A DNA stretch of 64,000 nt from assembly GCF_009914755.1 (NCBI RefSeq), contig NC_060936.1. One strand, given 5' to 3'. Numbering within the stretch: position 1 is the stretch's first letter; every line of letters starts with the position of its first letter. A program made the position numbers and the translations under genes. This document shows positions 29,196 to 38,918 of the stretch, one piece after another. The stretch comes from the human T2T-CHM13v2.0 reference genome, Homo sapiens. The notes under the pieces are model-generated. The model saw only the letters and a program-made list of their open reading frames with translations, was not told where the DNA came from and ran no database searches.

Positions 29196-29881
29196 CTTGG
29201 AGCTGCAGAGGCTGGGTTCTTCCCTCCCCAACCTTGGCGAAAGCAAAGTCTGAAGGCGGGAGAGGGGTTCCTGGTCCTCAGACCCCTTCTGGGTGCCTCT
29301 TTTGGCCCCTCCTGGGCCATCTCATCGCTTCTCCTTACCTCTGAGCTGATTGACCTCTCTCTGGTTAATTCATGGTTATTCCCCAATTTCCATTTTACAA
29401 ATGAGAAAACTGGGGCTGGGGGTGTTAATTTGCCCAACCCCTTGGTTTCTATGAGCGAGTTCTCTTGACTTTCATTCTCTGCTTGCGGGTGGAGGGCCCT
29501 TCCCTCCCTGTTGAGCCCGGTCTCTGGATAAGGATCCCCTGACACCTAGCTTCAGGAAGCCCCTCCCTACAGTTTTTTATCCTCTGTGGGAAGTTCATCC
29601 CCCTGTCTTGCTTCCATTCTGTGAGGTGGGTTAAAGCTCGTTTTGAAGAATGGCCCCAGAAAAAGACCCTGAAAGGGAGCTGAATCTGCTTAGCTCCTTT
29701 TGGGGGTTCTTGCAGGGCCCCTTCCCCTCCCGCTACAGACCTCCTCTCTGTGACAGATTCAGGATGGTTCCCTGTCCCTGCACTCTTAAGCCTCTTGCTA
29801 ACCCCCTTTTTCCCAAAAGAGGAGCCCCACCTCCTCAGAGCAAGGGGCTGGCCTGTGCTATTTCTGTCCTTTCTGGGCTTC

Positions 29882-30085
29882 TTCTGAGAACAGATTCTTG
29901 TTTTCCGTCTGATTCAGATGTGAAACTTTTCCCGCAGCCTCCCCTCTCACCCAGTTCCTGTAGGCTGGGTCTCTGCCTCCCCACTCTCTTCTTCCTGCAG
30001 CCAGGCCCCTCCCCAAAGTTCTCTCTGGTCAGTTGCTCAGTTCTACTGGGACCTGGAGGAGGAAGGCAGGGGCCAAAGAGGAAGT
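29882..30085 (+). promoter_or_regulatory. PDE1B: PDE1B2 proximal promoter with STAT5-type GAS site and PU.1/ETS site
   Basis: TTCTGAGAA 29882-29890; AAAGAGGAAGT 30075-30085, ~75 nt upstream of the alternative ATG. Confidence 0.55.
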
Positions 30086-30158
30086 TGTCCCCTCTTGGGG
30101 GCCCTGGGGCTCCCGGGGTCAGGATTTTGATACTCTGAAGCAGGAAACTTTGATTCCC

Positions 30159-30211
30159 ATGGCAAACCCTGTTCCTGTTCAGAGGAGCCACCTCCAGGGC
30201 CCCATTCTCAG
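30159..30211 (+). CDS. PDE1B: PDE1B2 alternative first coding exon; MANPVPVQRSHLQGPILR
   Basis: cccATGG start, AG|gtagg donor in the same phase (2) as the PDE1B1 exon; gives 516 aa; recognised PDE1B2 N-terminus. Confidence 0.92.
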
Positions 30212-30330
30212 GTAGGTGCCAGGGATGAGAAGAGGAAGGGGGAGGAGGGAGAGGACAGGTTGCTCATGGATCCACCAGTTGTAGTTTAGTGAAGTGGAGA
30301 GATCAAGACCTGGCAGTCCCCCATATGTTT

Positions 30331-30362
30331 TGTGCGTGTGTGTGTGTGTGTGTGTGTGCGCG
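30331..30362. repeat. (TG)n microsatellite just downstream of the PDE1B2 donor
   Basis: Direct reading. Confidence 0.95.
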
Positions 30363-30605
30363 TGCCAACTTCACCTTTTACTCTGTCCATCTTGCCCTTT
30401 ACCTTATTCTCCTCCCATTTCCATCCCCCCCCACCTTTTTAAAAATTGCTTCTTCTTGACTATGGTAGGTGACTTATCATTGTTTCTTCCTTTTCTCTCC
30501 TTCCTGACTGCCAACATCCTTAGGACCTCACATTCCTTCGAAATTTCATCTTGTCTTAAGAACCCAAACTGGAAATAGAATTCTTCTCTTGACTCCCATC
30601 CCCTA

Positions 30606-30691
30606 TCTTATTCTAAAGTCCTTCAGAGTTAGAATCTCCCCAGACGCACTCAAAATCTTCACATCACTGTTCTTCTGCAGGAAGTCCTTCT
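30606..30691. repeat. Copy A of local triplication (inverted relative to 31169-31253)
   Basis: Reverse complement matches 31169-31253 with 5 mismatches and 1 gap over 86 nt. Confidence 0.95.
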
Positions 30692-30796
30692 CTGGCTTCC
30701 CTGTCCTAAGCCCCCTACTTATGGTGATCTTTTTGGGAATGTGGGTGCTGGAAGCGGAGGCAGGGGACTTTGGAAATCCCCAGAACACCAGCCATG
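30681..30796 (+). other. PDE1B: Putative 116-nt cassette/alternative exon in PDE1B
   Basis: Acceptor tcactgttcttctgcag|G and donor ATG|gtgagc both near consensus; not a multiple of 3; no transcript evidence available here. Confidence 0.4.
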
Positions 30797-31168
30797 GTGA
30801 GCCAAAGAAATGAACTGTAGAAGCTGGAGAAGCTGAGCTCTTCTGAGGTGTTGGGGTTATAACTGCCAGAGTCTTTTCCTCCCAATGGCTGCCTAGAGCT
30901 AGGAGAGACTGTGGACTTCCAGAAGTTGGGATCTGAGGCTTTTCCAATCGTGCAGGGACTGAAGGTAAAGCAGAAAGAAGTGGTGGTGGTGAAACGGGCA
31001 GGGATGGAGTTCGAAGGAAAGTTGGGGGAAGCTGCCAGTTTTCCTTGGGGCCAGATGTGGACTGGACGGGGTTGAGCATCCTGTTCTACAGGGAAAGGTA
31101 CCTTTACTGTGCCAGATTCCTTGATGGCTGAAACAGAGGGTTTGGATTAAAACTGATGTTGGTGGGAT

Positions 31169-31504
31169 AGAAGGACTTCCTGCAGAAGAACAGTGAGGTG
31201 AGGACTTTGAGTGGTCTGGGGAGATCCTAACTCTAAAGGACTTTAGAATAAGAGAGGGCCCTGGCAGGCCAGAAAGTATGGGGTGTGTGTGTGGAGTGGG
31301 TTATTTGACTTCAGGAGGTTGCAGTTCAGCACCTTCAAGAGGGTGCTTTCAGCTGCTTGAGTCCAGGTCCTCTTCTTAGACTTCCCATTTGTCAAATTTA
31401 TTCTTTAATCTTTTTTCCCCTCCCTCCCTGCCTCCTTCTGGTGTCTGGATTGTGTTTGGTTCAGATTTCAACAGAAGCTATACAAGAGCTCCTGGACAAG
31501 ATCT
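31169..31504. repeat. Copy B (central, opposite orientation) of local triplication
   Basis: Complementary to both 30606-30691 and 32554-32876. Confidence 0.95.
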
Positions 31505-32439
31505 GTAAGTGACAGAAGGAGAAACTCGGAGGGAAACCTGTGCTTGAAGTCAACCTACAACCTTACTCTTCTCAGGCTCACTGTTATTTTTAGAAACCCT
31601 GGCTCAGAAATCTCCATTGTGAGCTCTGGGAGATAGCCTCACACCTGATTAATTTTCCCCTTTCCGTTTTATTTATTTAATGAACTTTTACTGAGCATGT
31701 TCTGTGTGCTCTGAGGATGGAGGCCAAGATAAACAAGCCACTGTCAGCGTCATCAAGACACTCACAGTCTCCTATGGGCCAACCGACAGAATTAATTAAG
31801 GTTGGACCGGCTGAGACTGCAGAAGCTATGGTGGAATGGGTTCCAGCCTCTCTCTAAGCTAACTGCATGATTAGGTTTGTTCTGCCTTAACAGCTTCATT
31901 GTTTGGGGACACGGTTAGGTTCCATTAGCTTGAGTTGTAGGCCTTGACAACCTGACTGAGATGGATGAGTTGTGTGACCTTAGACAAGTCACTTAACCTC
32001 CCTGATAAGGAGTTTGTGAAGATTAAATGAAGTTTGTAATTGTAAAGGAAAGATCATGGCTATTATCTTTCTCCCATTTCCTCTGTTAGGGAGCTTCCTA
32101 ATTACCAGCCTCAATCCAAACCAACTCAGTCTTCTCCATCTGGACTTGGGAGAGAGAAGGTACTTGTATTTGAAGGGAGTGTGGTGTGAGCTGGGTTAGG
32201 ACCACCATGATTTGATGTTGATCAGTCAATTCCTATTCAAATTACATTTTTGGAGACCTTTTGTATGTGCCAGGCCTTTTAATGTATTATATCACTTAAT
32301 CCTCTTATTAATAGCCCTGTGAAATGTTTATTATCATCCTTACCACTTTATAGATGAACAAGTTGAGGCTCTAAGATAAACATTCTCAAAGTTTAGTGTA
32401 TATTAGAATAATCTGGGGTGTTTTTTAAAAATGCAGATT

Positions 32440-32922
32440 GGGTTGCGAACTGTGGCTCACACCTGTAATGCTAACACTTTGGGAGGCCTCAAGCTGAGGA
32501 TTGCTTAAGCCCAGGAGCTTGAGGTTACAGTGAGCTATGATCATGCCACTTCTAGATCTTGTCCAGGAGCTCTTGTATAGCTTCTGTTGAAATCTGTTGA
32601 ACCAAACATGATCCAGACACCAGAAGGAGGTGGGGAGGGAGGGAAAGGAAGATTAAAGAATAAATATGACAAATGAGAAGTCTAAGAAGAGGATCTGGAC
32701 TAAAGTGGCTGAAAGGATCCAGGTGCTGAACTGTACCCTCCTGAAGTCAAATAACACCCCCCACACCCATACTTTCTGGCCTGGCAGGACCTTCTCTTAT
32801 TGTAAAGTCTTTTGGAGTTAAGACCTCCCCAGACCCACTCAAAGTCCTCACCTCACTGTTCTTCTGCAGGAAGTCCAGAGCTATGATCTGGGTGACCTTG
32901 TCTCTTAAAAAAAAAAAAAAAA
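32440..32922 (+). mobile_element. Old Alu monomer split by the copy-C insertion
   Basis: tgtggctcacacctgtaat...gaggttacagtgagctatgatcatgccact [insert] gagctatgatctgggtgac..gtctc + polyA. Confidence 0.85.
32554..32876. repeat. Copy C: ~325-nt inverted duplicate of 31173-31504 inserted inside an Alu monomer
   Basis: Roughly 85-90% identity by eye, with perfect 43-nt and 42-nt ends; Alu sequence stops at ...atgccact and resumes after ...gaagtcc. Confidence 0.95.
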
Positions 32923-32925
32923 GCA

Positions 32926-33236
32926 GGCCGGGTGCAGTGGCTCGTGTCTGTAATCCCAGCACTTTGGGAGGATGAGGTGGGAGGATCACTTGAGGCCAGA
33001 AGTTTGAGAACAACCTGGGCAACATAGCAGGACCTCATCTCTACAAAAAATAAAAAAAAATTAGCCGGGCATGGTAGCACATGCCTGTAGTCCTAGCTAC
33101 TCAGGAGGCTGAGGCAGGAGGACTGATTAAGCCCAGCAGGTGGAGGCAGTTGTGCCAATGCACTCCAGCCTGGGTGACAAAGTGAGATCCTGTCTCAAAG
33201 TAAAAACAAAACAAACAAACAAAAAAAAACAAAAAA
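32926..33236 (+). mobile_element. Alu (AluJ-like)
   Basis: Dimeric Alu with (AAAC)n tail. Confidence 0.93.
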
Positions 33237-35549
33237 GCAGATCCCTGTCCAGCAGATCCCTGGACAGAAATACTGATTCAGCAGCTGTGGAATGAGACCT
33301 AGAATCTATATTTTTTACATGGATCCAAGGTGATTCTGATGCTGGTGGGCTACAGACCACATTTTAAAAAGCACCGATTAAGAGTTAGTGACTTGCTCAA
33401 AGGCTCACAGCAGGAAGTACTAGCTTTGAATCCAGGATTCCTGCCTCCCAGACTGGTGCTGCTGCTGGATACATCTCACCAAAGCTGCCTCCTGAGCCTT
33501 GGTTTCTGCATTGTAAATGGAAATGGCAATTCCTTCCCCGCCTCCCTTCTTCATAGGCCCATTGTGAGGATAAAATGAGATAATGTAGGAGAAAGCACTT
33601 TTAAAAATGTAGAACTGGCAGCATTGTTAGCGATTATGCAAATACATGCAAATGAGTGCCGTGGGTGTGGCTGCTCACTTTGGGAGCCAGTGCTGGGATG
33701 TGGGTTTCAAAAGGTGGGTCGAGAAGGGAACTGGAAGAACTTTGATGATGGGCATTGATCCCTGGGGAAAGTTTTGTAAAAAGGGCCGAATGAAGCAGAA
33801 GGCTGGGGTGGGAATCTGGGGGAGAGAGAGAACTATAGGCAGAAGAAGAGGCCTTCTTTCCTTTTTGGGTTTTATGTCACCAGATTTGAGGGTCCCTGGC
33901 TATGGGGACTGATCGGCAGAGGGAAGCCCCAGCTTGTGCCTGGGCACCAAAGGCAAAGCGTACCTCTTTGTTCTGTGATCTCTGGGCGGGGTACTCTGGG
34001 AGACACTGGCTCATAGCCCCTTTCCAGCTCATTTAGCTGGGAAAGCCTTTTATGATATATCTCGCCTCTATTCCTCCTCCCTAATGAAGCTGGAGCTGGG
34101 GCTGAGCTTTACTAAAATCATCCTCTTACTTGTTAAACAACCTGCTGTTTCCACATGGAGATGGTGCAGCAGGAAGGCTGAAAGTGAGATTTGAGGATAG
34201 CCAACCAAGGAGGCTGCAGTGCCGTCCTCCAACTTCTTTGCCACTTTCCCTTCTGTCCCATTTGCTCTCAGACGTGTCATCCAGGATTGCTAGGCCCTGA
34301 GGTGAGAACTGGCCTGTGATGCTTCCTGGGGCTGGCTATTTTGGGCACCCCATTCCAAAGCTGCCGAGACCCCGGGATTCTAGAGCTACTTCTGTTCAGG
34401 AACGCCATTGTTCTCCCTCCCCCGGCATCCCTGGGAATTGATGCTAATTTCAGCCTCTGATCCCTGACTCATTCTCTTCTCCTCCCTGACTCATAGGGTG
34501 ACCTTGGGTTTTTGAAGCCCCTCTCAGTGGGGAATTATGATGGCCACCATTTCAGCCCCAGATTGGTTTTAGGTGGGTGGGGCAGGGTGAGGGAAAGGAG
34601 AGAAAGGAATATTTAACTGCTTTCATTAAAATCACCATCTGAAGAGCTTTGTTTGCTTTGTGACTGCCTGGGCTGAACTCACCAGGCTTCTAAGAAGTCT
34701 CCCAGTTAATCAACAAACCCCAGAATTCATAAGTGTAAAACATGAGGTGATTGTTCCTTCAGGCAAAACATCCAGTGAATGAGATCCCTGGGCCCACCCC
34801 ACCACTTTTATCCTGGAAGAAGCTTCAGTGGGGACAGAGGCAGGGGATGGGTACAGTAACTCTGTCAGAGGTTCTCTCTGGTGTAAGACTGGAAAGGCAG
34901 GGGTTAACCCGGCTTTGTCCTGGTTGATGGATTCTGGAATCATAATCCATTAGCTTTGCCTGCATGGAGAGAGGCCAGGCGAAAGCATTCAGATTTGTCT
35001 TTGTTCTGTGCTTTTGCCATGCCTGCCAGGCACAGAGGGGCTGTGGACACGTAACCCCCACCCCCCACACCATGACCAAGAGACAATGAAATACTCTTGG
35101 GGGCTATCTTGATTGCTATTGATCCCAAAGCCCTCTCCCATGGGGGAAATAAGCAGTTTCAGCTCTTGGTTATTCAGGCTATGAAACAGATCATCCTAAA
35201 AACATCACTCCAGGGGCTTGTACCTGCCTAATTCTGCTGGGCCCTGGCATTTTAAACAAGACTAAGCACTGACTAAAGAGCGGGTTTCGAGAAGTCAGAT
35301 GGTGGTGGGGATGGTGGAGTCAGGAAAACCTGGCATTAAACTTTGGGTGTAGATAAACTTAATACAGGCAGTGGCAATAGCCTGAGATTAAAAAAGAAAC
35401 ATTAGCTGCTATTATTATTAATGTTAGAATGATTAACTATTTACAAAAGACTGAGGATGTTTCTGTAAAATGTACCTTATTAGGGAGTATGCTGTTCTCA
35501 TGATAAGGTAGCTGTGCCTAAGCAGCCTCTCTGTATCTGCTCCCTGCAG

Positions 35550-35663
35550 GCTGCGCTACATGGTGAAGCAGTTGGAGAATGGGGAGATAAACATTGAGGA
35601 GCTGAAGAAAAATCTGGAGTACACAGCTTCTCTGCTGGAAGCCGTCTACATAGATGAGACACG
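35550..35663 (+). CDS. PDE1B: PDE1B first common coding exon; [38 protein letters not shown]
   Basis: ctgcag| ... CG|gtgag; PDE1 N-terminal conserved motif. Confidence 0.96.
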
Positions 35664-35805
35664 GTGAGAGAGACCGACAGACAGAGAAGGAGAAAGATGT
35701 CAGACATAGTGTTCCAGAGAGAGGGGTTAAGACAAAGATAGACACATGTGGCATGGACAGAGACCGGAAGAAAGAGAGAGGGTGGACCAGATATAAAGAG
35801 CTCTA

Positions 35806-36116
<311 letters not shown>

Positions 36117-36431
36117 GAGCTCCAGGTATCCAGGGAGAAATAGTGGTAAGAGATAAAGAAGCAGAGGCAGACATAGAGATGCAGAGATAGAGACAAACAC
36201 AGATATCAAGAAGGACAGAAGACTGCTTCAGAGTTGGAAGGGACCTTAAAGCTCATCTATTCCACTGTGGAATACCTCTAGATGTGTGCTGCCCAACATG
36301 GGAGCCACCATTCTGGGTGGCTATTGAGCACCTCAAATGTGGCAAGTATGAACTGAGATGTGTACATAAAATACATGATGGATTTCAAAGACTTAGAAAA
36401 AAGAATGTAAGATATTCATATATATATATAT

Positions 36432-36728
36432 ATTTTTTTTTGTTTTGAGACAGAGTTTACTCTTGTTGCCCAGGCTGAAGGGCAATGGTGTGATCTTGGC
36501 TCACTGCAACCTCTGCCTCTGGGGTTCAAGCAATTCTTCTGCCTCAGCCTCCTGAGTAGCTGGATTACAGGCATGTGCCACTACGCCCAGCTAATTTTTG
36601 TATTTTTAGTAGAGATGGGGTTTCTCCATGTTGGTCAGGCTGGTCTCGAACTCCTGACCTCAGGTGATCTGCCTGCCTTGGCCTCCCAAAGTCCTGGGGA
36701 TTACAGGCGTGAGCTACCGCGCCCAGCC
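36432..36728 (-). mobile_element. Alu (antisense)
   Basis: polyT head then Alu reverse complement. Confidence 0.95.
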
Positions 36729-36753
36729 GATATCTCATTAATATATTTTATAA

Positions 36754-37037
36754 GGCTGGGCGTGATGGTTCATGCCTGTAATCCCAGCACTTTGGGAAGT
36801 TGAGGCAGCCTGATTGCTTGAGCCCAGGAATTCGAGACCAGCCTGGGCAACATGATGAAACCCTGTCTCTACAAAAAATAAGAATTAGCTGGGCATGGTG
36901 ATGTGCATCTGTAGTCCCAGCTACTTGGGAGGCTGAGGGGGGAGGATCACCTGAATCTGGGGAGGTTGAGGTTGCAGTGAGCTGTGATCACACCACTGCA
37001 CTCCAGTCTGGGCGATAAAGTGAGACCCTGTCTAAAA

Positions 37038-37071
<34 letters not shown>
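36754..37071 (+). mobile_element. Alu with (CA)n tail
   Basis: Dimeric Alu; tail replaced by CA repeat 37039-37071. Confidence 0.93.
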
Positions 37072-37073
<2 letters not shown>

Positions 37074-37121
37074 TTTCATGTTGAAATGATATTTTGGAGG
37101 TATTAGGTAAAATAAAATTTA

Positions 37122-37415
<294 letters not shown>

Positions 37416-37743
37416 CTACTAGACAATTTAAAATTTCATATATGCGGCTTGCATTTTATTTCTATTGGATGGTGCTGCTCTATAGCATCCCTGAAAGATG
37501 CGTTCCATTTCCTGCTTAAACACTTCCATAGTTGGGATGCTCACTACCTCACATGGAGACCTGTTTCATTATTGGAGATGTTAGATAAAGAAATAAAAAG
37601 ATATAGAGAAAGAAAGGAAACAGGGTTGAAGACAGAGAGCTGGCATGAGAGTTACTAAATGTGGGGTATGGCTGGGTACAGGGTCTCTAGGCTGTGGAAG
37701 CACCTGCTGTCTTTCCTCTGTGACTCCCCTTCTGGGGTCTCAG

Positions 37744-37926
37744 GCAAATCTTGGACACGGAGGACGAGCTGCAGGAGCTGCGGTCAGATGCCGTGCCTTC
37801 GGAGGTGCGGGACTGGCTGGCCTCCACCTTCACCCAGCAGGCCCGGGCCAAAGGCCGCCGAGCAGAGGAGAAGCCCAAGTTCCGAAGCATTGTGCACGCT
37901 GTGCAGGCTGGGATCTTCGTGGAACG
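37744..37926 (+). CDS. PDE1B: PDE1B exon; QILDTEDELQELRSDAVPSEVRDWLASTFT...KPKFRSIVHAVQAGIFVER
   Basis: ctcag| ... CG|gtgag; PDE1 inhibitory region and calmodulin-binding domain 2. Confidence 0.97.
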
Positions 37927-38105
37927 GTGAGGCTCGCCCACACTCAGCCTCCCTCTGCCTTTAGCTGTGCCCCTCTTTCCCAGCCACCCTGGTCTTCCAT
38001 GACCACCAGCCATATGATCCCATGGCTCATCCCCACATCCCCAGCTGGCCACACCTCCACTCCCAGACCTTCATATGTGGGCTTCTTCTCATTGTTCTCT
38101 CTCAG

Positions 38106-38172
38106 GATGTTCCGGAGAACATACACCTCTGTGGGCCCCACTTACTCTACTGCGGTTCTCAACTGTCTCAAG
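38106..38172 (+). CDS. PDE1B: PDE1B exon; MFRRTYTSVGPTYSTAVLNCLK
   Basis: ctcag| ... AAG|gtaat. Confidence 0.96.
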
Positions 38173-38221
38173 GTAATCTCTGGGTTTTTGGGAAAGAGGA
38201 GAAAGTTAGGGGATGGAATAG

Positions 38222-38572
<351 letters not shown>

Positions 38573-38801
38573 TAACTGTTGTTCCCACATTTATCAAAAC
38601 TGCTTTTGCCCAGTATAGGAGCAAACTCCTGCCTTCCTGTCTCTCCCATACTGAGAGATATATGGGAAGAAAGAGGCACACTTTACCATTTCTTTGCTTT
38701 CCTATTTACCAAGACTTTGTACTCATGGGAAGTCCTTCTTGAAGTCTAACTTCAACCCTTGCTGCTGCTGGAAAGCCACATAATCTATTGTTTCTCCATA
38801 G

Positions 38802-38918
38802 AACCTGGATCTCTGGTGCTTTGATGTCTTTTCCTTGAACCAGGCAGCAGATGACCATGCCCTGAGGACCATTGTTTTTGAGTTGCTGACTCGGCATAAC
38901 CTCATCAGCCGCTTCAAG
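38802..38918 (+). CDS. PDE1B: PDE1B exon; NLDLWCFDVFSLNQAADDHALRTIVFELLTRHNLISRFK
   Basis: catag| ... AAG|gttgg; start of catalytic domain. Confidence 0.96.

Larger units (their letters stand above)
32383..33372. mobile_element. MER5A-like element (inside a MIR) split by two Alu insertions
   Basis: ttctcaaagtttagtgt..ttttaaaaatgcagatt | Alus | gcagatccc..tgattcagcag..gaatct..ggtgattctgatgctggt..gaccacattt. Confidence 0.65.

Noticed and set aside
30603-31079. 158-aa minus-strand ORF sharing DFLQKNS.V..LS.SGE.LT.KDF.IR with ORF 32747..33025
   Set aside because: The similarity is fully explained by the A/C DNA duplication; copy B has a 1-nt gap breaking the frame; no known protein recognised
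31329-31348. agcacc-ttcaagag-ggtgct mini-hairpin resembling an shRNA loop
   Set aside because: Only a 6-7 bp stem; no vector context; likely a local quasi-palindrome mutation
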